From NCBI GenBank assembly GCA_036172245.1, contig JAYWIR010000027.1, positions 1,736,001 through 1,800,000 on the forward strand: a stretch of DNA of 64,000 nucleotides, written 5' to 3'. Below the pieces are notes generated by a model. That model was not told the origin of the DNA. It saw only the letters and a program-made list of their open reading frames with translations, and did no database searches. Position numbers and translations under genes: made by a program. The DNA comes from Raillietiella orientalis (Eukaryota). Shown piece by piece: positions 44,500-57,849 of this stretch; within the stretch, counting starts at the first letter, position 1, and each line of letters starts with the position of its first letter.

Positions 44500-47400
44500 G
44501 CCTTCCCTTGTGGGGACTTGGATGAGGTGCAACCAATGGAGACATGTCACCTCTAGGGTGTTCCAGGCACGTTTTCATTAGGTGCGAGTTACTGGAGCGG
44601 TCCTCGCATAGGTCGCCAGCGAGTCTGCTGTGGACCCCTCGTGAGCGCGACTGGCGTTGGCATTTCGGAGATGCCGTTTTTGCTATCGAGGGGATGTCCA
44701 CTTCGGGTGTGTAACGGATGGCGAGGTGCGGTCTGAAGAAATCTCGGAGGGGGCGTGTTCGATGAACTTTCGAGAACTCGGATTGCGTCCATGCCGCGAG
44801 GACTCATGGTACGGAGAAGACCTAAAGGCAGGCGGAAGAGAAGGGAACCTGAAAAGAAGAGGACGGGTGCCCAAGTCTTCGTGGGATCCTCCTCCTCCTG
44901 CTTCCCTCTCTGTTAGTTTCGATGGGGTTACATGACCAAAGGCCACCGTCGAGGAGAAAGGTTTTGAACGGAGAATGCTTTTGGATGCGGAGAATGGAAA
45001 CCAGTCAGAAGGTGGGATTAGGTCGCAGGAAGCCATGGTAAAAACCAAAAACCAGAGATACGTGAAATGGTGGGAAGATGCTCGACTGGGGATGCTGCGC
45101 TCTTCTCTGTCTGGTGACCAAGACGAGAAGGTTCCTGGTCCGCACCAGGAGCATGACCACTGTGATCCCCACACTGAGATTTTTCAACCGGGAAGATCGG
45201 AGATGCTTTCGTATATTTTCAAAGTCATCTTTACTGTGTCGCACACACAGCAGGTTTGAATGTTGCGAGTATTTAGCGAAATATCGGGGTGGGGGCGGGG
45301 GTGGGGGAAACTAGCACAGTTGCGGAGTTCGTGGAGAAATACTGCGAGCACTTGCAGGAGCAATGAGATTAATGAGCAAAACTCAGATGAAAACTCCACG
45401 ATAACCTCTTTGGATCTTGGTCGACCAGCAAGCCCACAGGAAACACGCTAACCGTAGCAACCGGGAAGTCAAGAGCGGAATGAGCAGCGAACAATCGTGC
45501 TAAAAATAGCCGAACAATGAGGTCCTCCATTTTGTGTTTGCGGGCTGCTCAGGAACGGTGGGAACTACGGTGTGATGGTGTTGCATCGACGCAGGGACAT
45601 GAGGAATCCAAAATCGGTGAGTCGTTCTCACGTTCAAGGCGTGAAGCTTCCGATTCCGATTTCCTGGGAAGTCACGTTCTCGTTAGAAGCTCAAGGATGC
45701 CCGAAAATCCAGGTGAGGGTGGGAGTCGGCGTGATTCCTAGGGTTGTCTTACGAGGGGACGAACCCGCACGCCGGCTCCCGGATGAGGCGGAGACGGAGT
45801 GTTTGGGAAAATTCCTGTTGCAGCGGGGGGCTGCAGTTCTGCGGCCTCTGCGCTCACGAAACGAAGCCTCCGGCGCGTCACGGACGACGCCGATGACCCG
45901 CGACGCAGCAATGCCGCGGGAATGGCGGCGGGACTTCATCCTACGCCGGTGGGTGTGGACCGACCTCGCCCCCTTGCGCGCTCCTTTTTCTTTCTTCTTG
46001 CTCGGAGAAGGAAACGACTTCCCGCAGTCAGGCAATCATAAGAGAAGGAGGGCCGCGGGAAAAAGACGGGGACACGGATGAACCGCTTCCTGTGACACTG
46101 TGGGACTTCTGACTCCTCTTCCGATTCCCTGAACTCCCAATTTTCGATCTCATCAGCATGCATGCACGAATTGTTTCAGAGTCCAGGAAAAAGGGAGGAG
46201 ACGAGGCACATCGTCCGGGCACATCTTCCAAAGGACATACTGGCGGACATGCTGCCTCAGGCTGTCCAGGGTAGGTCGGATGCCTGAACTCAGCTGGGAA
46301 AACCTGGAGGATCGCTATTGTCCTCCTTCCTGACCATGACAGACCAGAGGCATAGCTGACGCACCCAGAGAAAACCGAAAATGCGATCTTGATGCCGGGA
46401 CGCGCCACGCGCGCTGGTGGCGTTCTCTCTCACGAGTTCCCTCGGCAAGAAACGTCCTAGCAGAAGGTCAGCCTGGATACGTGGTTGAGATGGAGTCACG
46501 CTGGAGCATGGCCCTCGGTGGTGCAAGGACATATGAATGTAGCGGCTGCCTTCTCCCGTCCAACGAGCCAACTGGCGTACCAGACATGTATCCATCTGCA
46601 ACGCCGCTATCAGAGGATTCCCTCTACCCTCGATCTTTTCTTGAACTTTCCGCAACCCCAAACTGCTTACTGCCGGTACTCCCAGATCGCTCTCGTTGGT
46701 GAGTGCCCAGCAGCATCCTGGCGCAAGAATGATGCTCCGCTCTGCATACGTACACGCATCGAAAATTTCCAGTCAACATTTGGGTTGAAACGGAAGAGCA
46801 AGTATTACCACAGGGGTGGCGTCTGCACTTCCTCCCAATAGATTGCAGATCCAGACTTTGCAGCCACCCCAACGTCTTTCTCGATTTCCAGTATGTCTGC
46901 CCTTATGGCACGAAGAAGGTGATTCGAAGAGGGCGTGGATGAAAGGGAGGGGGGGAGGGGGAAGTTCGTCAATGCGACGAACTCGCTGTCACGGGCTCCT
47001 GCTATTTTCTGGCCGTCTGAATGCAACAAACTAAGGAGGAAGCGTGGAAGGTTGAGTGAGCAGCTGGGGGCAAACGACGTGCTAGTAGTAAACACCGAGA
47101 TACCCTGATTGCTTAAGGTGATTTGTCGGCAGTTGTTAAAGAGCGATGGCAGAGATCAACTTGTGTCAGAGAACACATACATGCCTTCCCTTCAGGAAGC
47201 GAGCATTCACTTAAAGTCAAGTCCACGCGATCACCACCTCGAAGCTTTTTGGCATCTAGACGGAAGCAGTCTTGATCCCGAGAAGCTTCGAATAAGCTCC
47301 AGTTGTGACAACTCGGAATTCCACAGACGATCTAGCAAGATCAGAGCAGGACCAACACGAGTGACTCCCTCTGTTGTCTTCTCCCTTCAGGAAAGACAAG

Positions 47401-49400
47401 TTCAACCAGAGCGTCAAGACTTCCGAGTTAGCGGCGACTGCACGCGCGGGGAACACAGTCATACGGGCGACCTAACCGTGCCATGCTCAGCAGTGCTTTC
47501 GGCCCTCTGGGCGATTTCGAGTTCCGTCGCGTTCCTCCCAATAGGCGAATTCTACACCTGTGTGCCACGATCGTTCCACAGATAGGCTGCGACAGCGGTC
47601 ATCTTCGATACAGGTTCCGGTTAAGGTCAAGAGTTGGTATGACCTCTTCATCGATGCATTGCCTCAGACCTTTCGACTGCTCGCGGCAGTAGAAGGGCGT
47701 ATGCGGACTTCCACTTTTTACGAAATTCTCAGCTGGGGGGAATCTCATAGGTTGAGACTTGGATGATGGACAGGCTCCCTCTCCTTATTCACCTGGAAAG
47801 TGAGGTCTGATAGCGGACCACGATCGTGAACAGATTGCACTTGAAGTGATGCGTTGGAGCAATCAGCCCTGTCTTAGTCGCGAACGCTTCAATGCCTTTT
47901 TGTACAAGCGACAGGTAAAATCCGACTGCAATGAGGAACCCGATTAGACAGTCGACAGCAGAGAATCCTCTGAGGATTCTCTCCCGAGGAAATTCACCGC
48001 AGGGAAAAGTTCACTGCTCTGCTGTCATGAACCGGGTTCCGGCCTGAGCATTCTTCGTCGGATGGGGATGGCGCTATCTAAACGCCAGCGCACGAACAAC
48101 TTGCAGATTATTCCCAAAGTGTAACTCGCAAGAAGGAACGACGATTATGATTGCGTGGAATGGACTTCGAGTGGGGAAAGACATAAACCGTGGCGGCCTG
48201 TAGGAACTTCCACACCTCACCATATGTGCTGCAAAACCAGTGTGGAGTATCCGAAGCTGGAGTATTTTAGTCGGTGCTTAATCCTGGAGTTTTCCAGGTT
48301 CGTCTGTAGATTTAAGGATCCTTCGACTCAGATTTCCACTGCACCGACGAAAAAGCCCGTTTTTCTGAATTGCAAATCTCAAAAGTTAAGGGAGGGAGCC
48401 CTCATTGGAAGCCTCAAAGATCCAAAAACTGTGAAGGTGAACGGATAGATTCCCTCCTTAAATCTCTCTCTCTGATAGTCCCATAGCACCACAGTATTCA
48501 TCATTGGAATCAATCACCCACAGAAGAATTCAGTAAATATTTTAAAAGCACGGAAGCCTGCAACTCCTAGCGAAATCCCACCCCTGCGTCTATACGCTTT
48601 TCATCTACGGAAACTTGACCTGCACCTCAATAGAAAGTCTTGTAAGAACCTTCATCAACTGCTCACTTTGGGAACCGTCCCCATCAAGCACTCCATGACC
48701 TTCAAAAGGATCTGCGAAGTACATTGGACACTGATTTGTGAGAGAATTTTCGCATCTGAAGCTAGGAATGCTCCGTTCTAAAATTTGAACCCGTTAACTA
48801 CTAAACACACACCTAAGAACTAGGTTTTCTTTATGTTCTTCTGCTTATAGCTTGACCGCTGGTCCTTCTTAAGATTTCTAGAGCTAATAGCTTCCTTAAC
48901 AGAGCTCCTCTTGTGCCACTATCAAAATTCATCCTGATTTCGGGCACCTTTTTTGCCCACTTCTGGATGCATTAATTAAGAGATTTTTCAAAGTCATTCG
49001 TGTCTAAACGATGGGTGTTTACGTTTTGTGTAACTGGCTCATTCCTGGATTTGTTGAGGAATAGGTCTCGACTATGGGCGTCTCATTGCATACATGCCAA
49101 GTGCTATAAAATAGAGAGCCACTCCCTGCGCCCTTTCTTCCATATTCGATGCTAAACACCAACCCGTAGCTGCAAGGTTTTCAAGAGTACATTTCCATCA
49201 CAGATTTCCCAGCATTTTCTTTGATTTTGGTGAGAAGCATTTTTGTTCTTCTACTTTGCACAACATAATCCTGAAGGATTCCACAGCCACCTTCCTTGGT
49301 ACCGGAGTTGACATCAACATTCATGAAATGCATTTCCTCATGTCTCAGAGAAATAGAAAACCTTGCTTTTGCATTTACGTCGAAGTCGCCATACGGCGGC
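44500..49400 (+). mobile_element. Decayed DIRS-like retrotransposon (gag-RT/RH-YR), approximate bounds
   Basis: gag-like SAVDP...RRCRFC (~44620-44690) and WRRDFILRRW...LAPLRAPF (~45920-45990). RT-like LSALWAISSSVAFLPIG (~47500-47550). AT-richer YR-like FEP...VFF segment (~48780-48850). Confidence 0.45.
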
Positions 49401-49999
49401 GGCGACGTGGACACTTTCTAGGTGGGCAGGTTTTCTTCCTTGCATCCACATTCCGGACAGATGATCTAGCCACAGGCACAAGAGGGAGGAAGAAGAAGCT
49501 TCGAGTCTAGCAAGTCACCACTGCCCCTTCAGCCTTAGCCGCTTGCAGCCAGCCGTAGAGTTGCTTCGCGGTCCACGGCACTTTACCTTCCCTTGTCTCA
49601 GTGATCTACGCGCCAGCGCCACCCAGTCCGGAGTCGCCTTTTCTCGTCTCCCCGGAGCACTTTTTGCTCGTGGCCAAGGGAAGCAGGCCAAACAGGTGGT
49701 AGTCCTTCCCAGAATGCTCCACTAGCATTGTTGTTCCCCGCCGTAACGATGGCAGCGTCGCTCAGTGGCATGGTGCCAGCCTACGCATGCGTATGTTTGT
49801 GCATAGGAATGACGTACCCATTCCGGTAGTTCCTCTCGAGGAAGCCCACGCTGGAATGCTCGGTGAAGCGTCCCGAACCAGCTCCGCTCCCTCCTTCCCT
49901 TGCAGGAGGATTTATTCCCTGCGGCATAGCGATCTCTCAGTCGAAGCTAGAAACGAAAAATCCATGGGAATCTTCCGGTGACGGATTCGGTCTCACTTG

Positions 50000-52900
50000 A
50001 ACGTCGTCTCTGGCTTCCAAAGCAGACTCCCTTCCAATGCGAGTTCCCCCCTTCCCCCCCTTTCCACTCCCCCATCCAGAAAAGCTATCGCGCATGTGTG
50101 CTTCTGGGGTACAACGTCCCGGTTAATGGTAAGATGGCTTTGGGGGACTCGAGCGCAATCTGCATCCGCTCGTGATCTCGATGCGTGTCGGGAGAGATTC
50201 CTCGGGTCCAGAGCGCGAGGCGTTTCTCTCGAGAGCCGCGTGAGTCCTCTCTGGATCACATCCCTCTGTCCTCCGAACGGAAGTTTGAGAGTTCGCCACT
50301 GCCTCACAGTTGCTCTCTGGCACGGGCCTGCTACCAAAACTAACCAACCAGGATTACCAGATGCGGTCCAGTTGATTCTGATTGGAAACGATTACGTGCT
50401 CTCGGCACCGAAAAGGCCTGTCCGCTTTTCTTGTCGCCGCTTCCGCTGGTTGACCGATGGTGTGCATGCAAGGGAGACGGTCATTCCGAGGAGATTCGGT
50501 GAAGATGGGAGAAGCGCAGTGTCGCTCCCCCCTTCCCCGAGGGGCGTGCTCGCAGTCGGAATGATCACCTTCCATCATCGGGAAGTCTCGGAAGGTGTGC
50601 ATCTGCGGCGGGCGGTGTATCGAGAGATGAGGATGAACTCCCGGCTTGCCGAGACCACGAGGCATCCTCGTGAGGGGTGTCGCTTCCCACTGCCTCTTTG
50701 GAGGCGTGGAAGAGTGGTGCTTCCGTTTGGCCCAGGAACTTCGTTCGCGGAAAGGAAGACGCCCGCGCGCCTTACTCCTGGAATTCCGAATCGCTGCGGA
50801 CCCAGTGAGCTGGGCGAATCCCCTCTCCCCCTCCCTCTTCGAGCTGAAGGAGGCCCATTTCCTGGAATTTCCTGGAATTCGAACCGTGTTCTGAGCCCCT
50901 AAGCTCGTGGGAACCGAAGGGGCATCCCGCGTGTTGCGTTTCGCGGGAGGTGCCCAGAAGCTCTGTAGCAGCCGCGCCTACTGCCAGCGTCCTTGGAGAG
51001 AGATCTACAAGTCGCGTGCTGGTGCCACCGAAGTATGGGTTGCAGGGCAAAGGAGCAGGCAGGAGGGCTTCCGAGATGCCGGAGCAGGCAGCTTCCCTTA
51101 CGGGGAACGCGGCTCCGATTCAGAGCCAGGTGCTCTCCGAAGCTGCGAGAGAGGAGCAGGCGAAACTCCCGCATCTCCCTGACGCGAGCTCCAGCGATGG
51201 CTCCCACAGGCATCTCTCGAGCCCACACGCGAGGTGGCAACGGATATTTGGTCACGGAGAGGAAGCTACGGGGTACCCTCCTGGCGTGAAGAATGCGCTC
51301 CTGGTGACCAGGAAGAGCCACACCCATGAAGCAGGAACAGTTTTCGCCACATCAAGGAGGGCTCAAGGGTCCGATTGCCCTCAGGGGAACCCACAGATAA
51401 GCTACCGACTGCATCAGCTCCCTCCCAGTCTTCCTCGCGGGATGGTCGAGCTGCTAGTCCGCACTGCGACCGGTGCCCCCCTCTGACCACCGCGACGACC
51501 TCCAGGAGGCTCGGGCAGCGGCGTCGAAGCAGTGACGCCGGACACAGGGAAGTCTGTCCGGAGCTGCTTGCGCTCCTGCTGGCGTTCCTTCCACCTGCGC
51601 AGCCCTCGGCGCCACCTGCCGTGGCGTGACGTGCCCGGGGGCAACGACTCCTTCCCGTAGGAGGCGCAGATCTCGACCTGGTGTCCTTCTCCGAACTCCA
51701 GAAGGATCAGCAGCCGCGGAAGCGCCAGCATCGGGAGCAGCACCAGCGTCCTCAGTAGCCGCGCGAGTGTCAGCGGGAGCAGGGCCGGCGGTACGGACTC
51801 AGCCGCGGCAGGAGCACCAGCAACATCTGCAGGACCAGTGATGAGAGCCTCACAGGCTGCCGTGCGGGAACACCAGCACCGGAAGCATCACCTCTGGAGA
51901 CAAGAACACCCGAGGTGGAGCCACCAGCAGGGTCGACAGGAACAGCATAAGTGGAACTGCCAGCAGAGTCAGTAGGAACAGAGTTGACAGAAGCGTCGGC
52001 CATCCTGAGCCGCGGTCATGACCTGCTGATCTTCGCGCCAAGAGGCCCCAGAAAGGAGCCGGATTTCTTTCGGCCTCCACCTCCTCCAGGAGTGTCTTTC
52101 TCGACTTTTTGCAACTTCGGGAGGAGCAGCCGGAAAGCGATTCCGGAAGCAGGAAAGCCGGCGGCAATAGGCCAATGGACAGTCGACCTCGGAAACGAGG
52201 GCACTACTGACTCCCCTTGCCCAACTCAGAACGCCTTGTCTCCGGGATTCGTTCCTGCCAGAAGAGGTTCAAAGGAGGGCTGGCGCATGCTTGCGTCCCT
52301 CGAATGGCACGTGCAGCAGGAAGGCAAAAGGATGGATCATCTTGGAATTAGAGGAAAAGGGTGACCACCAGCACTTTCACGTCAGGCAGCGAGCGCAGGG
52401 GCAAGGAACGAGCGTCCCAGCTTGCCAGAATAATCGCGTGCGGAGCATCCACGAGAAAGTGCCAAAAACAACATCAGGAGAGCCTTCCAAGGTGCGCGCT
52501 AGCAGCAAGAACCGAGTCCTCCGGGTTAGATCTCAGAAGTTGGAGGGGGGGAGGGTCAGAGGGCGATGCAAAACCCAGGCGGTACAGAGCTCCGGAATCC
52601 CCGAAAACGCGTTTCCCTTCTCAAAAGCGAATTTCAGGGGAGAACTCCTTCATGCTCCCCCTTTTCGGAACAGAGATGACGCTGAACCCCTTGCACCTCT
52701 GTGTCCGCGAATACTTCGGCGAAATGCGTTTCGCATGCTGCGGCACCGTTGCTTGAACATCCTGATGTCTCAGGAGCTGCCCTGCCGTCACAGATAGTCC
52801 GCGATCACAATCGAGAATCGGTGGACAGATTCCTTTGGATGCAGGGGATTTTGCTGCCAATGCATGCTATGTTTCATGCCACCGTAAACAATCGTGGATC

Positions 52901-55750
52901 GCTCCAAGAACTCCATGACGACCGCACAACCCAAAGCCAGAGAGTGGACCTCAGGATTTTTTTTTTAATGCAGAAGCAAGTGGTAACTCTTAATGCAAGA
53001 GGTTCAGCTGCTCCGCATTTCTCGGAAGGCAAGAGATGGCCATCTTTTCTGGCGTCGCTGGGAAAATAAAACTCGAAAGACGTTATAGGGAGAGAGAAGG
53101 TCAAGATCGGTAGAGTGGATGGTAGCGAGAGTTTTGCATAACTGAGGGATTGTTCCATGCGAAGGAAGCAACTCAGAGGGTCAGGGAGCCCAGCCTGAGA
53201 ACTCTCTATGAGTTGGATGAAGGACGCACCATGACGCGGACGCACCATGACGCGGCCGAAGAGTTGGAAGCTCGTAGGTCACGCTCCAAGGGTGCCACCA
53301 GACCGCATCCCTAGAGATTCTGGCGCGCGGCTTGTGGAGCCATCTTTCGGTTCAGGAGTTTTATTTACGCCTTAGTGAGTCAGTCCAAATAACGCGGATT
53401 GCAGTATCGCTCGCATTGTGTGATCCCATCGGACTTTAGGGAGACTTCTCCCTCGGAAGATGCGCCCACTGGTGCTCGCTCTCGAGTTCTGCTTCTGATA
53501 GCTCGAATTTTTCTAAATAATTTCTCTGAATAATGGTAATGTGTTTTGCTGCCTCGCCTCATGAGGTTGACATGCCAAACCCGGCTCGATCCATGCTTCC
53601 GTGTGTGTGTCCCGTACCATGTAAACTAGGCTCCAAGAGACCTGTTTTTTCTGTATTTTAAGAAAAGCAGGTAAAACCCTGTTAAAACTGCAACGAGACT
53701 CCTTGCGACCTCTTCTCTTTCATACAGGTTTTGACAATTAACAGCGACTCTATATCCTTCGTAATTCCTCTACAATGGAGAAACCTGATTCCGTAAGCCG
53801 TAGTGACAAACTCTCACTGATGGCAGCTGGTGTTTTGGAGGAATCTCTACCACGAGCTTTGGACGCAGGGAAGGACACCGCTTGGTTTTTGACGCGCTCG
53901 TGGGTACGCGCATCACTAAGAGATGGCGGAGCATTCCCGGTGAGCGGAACCCTCATCCCGCGAAAAAGGACTGCCATTATGCCAGATTTCGACTTTTTAC
54001 AATTATTCAGGTGGAGGTAGCCCCCAAAGATATTCTTGAGCCTTTCTTTTTTACACACAAAAACATGCATGTTTTCACTTACCTTTGTAGATCTTTCAGC
54101 AATAAATGTTTCTGATAGGAAGCAAGCAGATCATAAATCTTCGGTGCCATGAAGAAATGAATGAAAAACATTAAGAATCTAATAAATCCAAGCACCTCGA
54201 GTGCTTATTCCTCCGCTAGCCTAACAAATGAAAGTACAAAAAAAATTCTTCAGAACAGTAACTGTCATAACGTTTTTCTGCAGTAGTCATAATATGTCTA
54301 AGCCATGCAATCTGTTGAATGATGCAAAAGCGAAAAAATCCCTGGCTGTCGGGACTGTTTGGAACGATACTTAGCAGGGGACGGCGTTGTATTCCGCATA
54401 TGAAATAACAGTTCCCCCCCCCCCCCCCCCCCCATTTCCCTGGTTCCATTGCGCGTACGCATCAGTGTGCAGTGTGCATGGTGGCAACGTGTAAGCAACC
54501 GTATGAACCCTCCACCCTCATAAGCAACCTCTCGTGAATCCGAAACTGTAATGGAGGAGAAGTTTACGCTCAGCTGTAAGTTGGACCGAATAAATCATGC
54601 TGAATGACCTGTCTGGGCCTTCTAAGATTGCTTTCGGCGCTACGTTCTGAGCGGACCGTCGTAGTCAGCGTAAAAAAAGATGAGTGTATAAATAGGCAGT
54701 CGCTTCTTTCTTTGAATGAAGGCTGTATGAGCAAACCGGGAATCGGTTTCCGTAAAGGAGCGCAGGAGTTTATAGAGGAACTTTGGAGCTAGCGGCACAA
54801 GAACTCCAGTGAGATGAAGTGAAGCCAGCAGAAACTGAAAGGTTCGCTAAAGTCTTCCGGAGGCGTCACTCCTTGAGCTCAGGCACCACTTAAAAGTGAT
54901 TTCTGCCTCTTCGACTTGCTTTGGTGTAGCACCTCCCTTCCCTTTCCGCTTTCGGTTCTTCCAGCTTTCATGGGAATCGCTCGCCACAGCAATCCCATTA
55001 GGTTATGGACCTGCTTTTTTGGATGCAACTTCCCTGTTCCAAAGACACTACCCGCGAGCGAAGTCCGGCGTTTGTGCTCGGCGACCCAAAAAATCGCCGT
55101 CAAATGCAAGCCATCTACTCTGTTGCCTGATGAGGACGACGACGACGTCTACGAGGTTGGCCGCTTCCGGATTCCACCACGCTGCCTACATGGCGCATCT
55201 CGAAGACCACGAAAAGCCTCCCGTTAAAAGACGCAGCATCCGTTCGCCCACTCGGCGCCGGGAGAGGCAGCGGCGCACCGGACACGTTGTTCACCGAGCA
55301 CGTGTTCTCTGGGTGGGTGGCGCCACAGAAGTCTTAATTTGGGGGCTGCACTTTTGGTTGTAACGCAGCGAAGGAGTGCCGCTTTCGGCGTTTGCATCTT
55401 GCCCTTCCACTTTCCCTTCAATGGTGTTCTCAGCTGATACTTCAGCATGTAAGGAAAAACACGGTTGTTCACGGTCAGGATTCACGAAAGTGGCACAAAG
55501 AGAATTCAGCAAAGGGATGAAGAACTGGGTGACGCATGGGAAAAATATGAGCAAGATTTCCAACCCCACGACAAATGCGAATAGGCGCACCTGAACTGGT
55601 TTATCGCTAATCGGATTAGGTAAGGAAAAAATAGATGCAGGCAGCATCCAGCAAAGTGTGCAAGCGGTGTCACCCCTCAAACTCGCAATTCTGGTATCCC
55701 GATACAAATATGGCCTGGTTGGGACCATCCCATGGTGGCAGAGGGCGTGG
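50000..55750 (+). mobile_element. Decayed DIRS-like retrotransposon remnant(s), approximate bounds
   Basis: GC-rich low-complexity gag-like region (50000-52700), RT-like RIFFLMQK (~52960) and MEKPDSV (~53775), and MT/YR-like fragments at 55100-55600. Ends at the NAA20 3' end. Confidence 0.35.
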
Positions 55751-55820
55751 CTGTCGTGCCGATTCCATCATGACCATTCTTTTGCATCATTACAAAAAGT
55801 TTATGGAAAAAAAACCAAAG

Positions 55821-57780
55821 TCACTCTACATCTTCAGAATGGACAGGGTGAGAAAGGGGTATAACACTCTTCTTATCTGTATCCCTGGACATTGCCTTCC
55901 TCATATCTGACCAAACACAGTATTGAGTGAAAACTTTCCATGCTCTACAAACCGTATGCATCTTCGTCAGGATCTCCCGAGTAATACTCCAGAACTGTTC
56001 TGTATATGATATAATTCAGTGTAGAGTACATAGAAATTGCAACTTTGTTTGAAACACGCACAAACAGATCAATGAAGTACACTTGTTTTCTGGGAAAGCA
56101 AAGAACTGTTTCCTCTTTACTTTTTCTTTTGCTTCCCAGCAAACCTCTCTGAAGTATTCTCCAAGCAGGCCATCAGTTTTTGTGCCACATGTAATCGCCG
56201 ATACTCTGGTGCTACACTGAGAGCTGTCACATGTCCATGCCATGATGTTCCCTGTCCTTCAGCTTTGCCCATGACTTGAGATTCAAAGAAAAACTAACGA
56301 TCCGAACAAGCTCAATCTTAAACAAAAAACCTATCTACACGACTTGAGGACTGAGAAAAAAGTAAATCAGTCTTGAGTACTTTTTAAAATGAGAGCAGAT
56401 CCTTGCTTGGAACAGCTGCTCCCAAAGAGAAGAATTTTAATTTACTTTAGGAAAATCTACAATCTTGCAGCCACATGCTAACAAGCCTGATTTCAATCTG
56501 TCTATTTCTTTGGAAAATCCAAAGATAATTTGTGATAAACCACACACCTCAAGAGGCAACTTAAACGCACCACAAAAGAAAATTCAACAACCCCCTAAAT
56601 TTTCAAGTCCTGTGCTGAAATATTAAACAGTCAATTATGATACAAAAAAGAAGAAAACGGGAATGCAACCAGTAGAGAACTGGAAAAAAGATATTCTGAA
56701 AAAGTGGCATTAACCATGACTAAAACTCAGAAATTCAAAAAATAATCCGTATCACTTACTGTATCCCATAATTTGTCCATTTGGAGCCTCTGCCACAGTA
56801 AAATACTCAGGCCAATGTGCTAAATAATGCAAATAAAACGGCAAACCATACTGTCTGGGTTAAGTTAGCTGCAATTAAAATCTTAACAAAAATCTATAAC
56901 ATAAACTTAATGCATCTTTCAATTCTACTCCCACTATTGCTAAAATAATAAGAAATATTCACATAGGCTTCATCATCTTACATATTCCCTGAATAGCTGC
57001 ACTTATCTAAAGTTACCTAGCATATTACCAAAGAAAAATGCAATTTCATGGTTAATGCTAAATCAGTAAGATTTGAAGTTAAACACTCACAACTTCATAA
57101 CTGAAGCTTGAATGGATGTTGGAATCATTGTTACTCATGTTCATTAAAATTATTGATTGATGATATGTCTAGCTTTTTTTTTTTTTTTCGACACACTCGG
57201 CTTAGGTAATCGATAAACAAAGTATAGCAATACACTTCAGGAACTGTCATGATTAGTGTTGAAGCTATGTCTGATGAAAACAACCGTCCATACATACAAG
57301 ACTAATGACAACAAAAACACACATACTTGAGTATTTGGTGAAAGATTTTATGAGACCAAATCTTTTTAAACTACTGCTAAGTGTAGAGAAAATCTATAAA
57401 TTTTGATATATCAAACTCAAAGGTTTGTTTAGAAATCGGCAGTTATTAAATTTCACAAGCTTCACTTGCTCAATACACGTGCAAATACTGAATTCTCATT
57501 CCCATCAAATAAGTTATTTAAAAGGAAACAAACATTTATTAGGTCTAGTACATAAGAAACAACTTAAACACAAAGGATACAGTTTCTGTGAGGGGATCTA
57601 GGTTCCTAAAAATAAAAAAGAAAGCTTTATTGGATGTATCCATGAATTTTCAAAGAAATACAAAAATGCTACTGTACAATGCTTATCATATCAAACAAGG
57701 AAAAGTGAACACACAGAAATTGCGTACACGTTATTGAATTTAAACAGATCGTCACAAGTAAAAGGGCGAAGAAGAGTCAT
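55821..57780 (-). CDS. NAA20: N-alpha-acetyltransferase 20 (NatB catalytic subunit); exons 57780-57728, 57605-57581, 56850-56760, 56274-56145, 56089-55953, 55906-55821
   Basis: Joined exons give MTLLRPFTCDDLFKFNNVNLDPLTETYGLPFYLHYLAHWPEYFTVAEAPNGQIMGYIMGKAEG...WHGHVTALSVAPEYRRL...YFIDLFVRVSNKVAISMY...YRTVLEYYSGDPDEDAYDMRKAMSRDTDKKSVIPLSHPVHSEDVE*, the characteristic NAA20 sequence. All phases are consistent. Confidence 0.97.
56851..57580 (-). other. U12-type (minor spliceosome) GT-AG intron, NAA20 intron 2
   Basis: Donor GTATCCTT (57580-57573) matches the U12 5' splice-site consensus. Branch-like CTTAAC (56864-56859) lies just upstream of the acceptor, with no polypyrimidine tract. Confidence 0.85.
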
Positions 57781-57849
57781 TTGGGCAACTCTGACGTTTC
57801 CAGTCCAAGCTCCGTCACATCACTTTTCCGAGAGCGTTCCAGGTTGCCG

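Noticed and set aside
56090..56145. Plus-strand KNCFLFTF motif first read as a recombinase fragment
   Set aside because: It lies in NAA20 intron 4 on the minus strand; coincidental.
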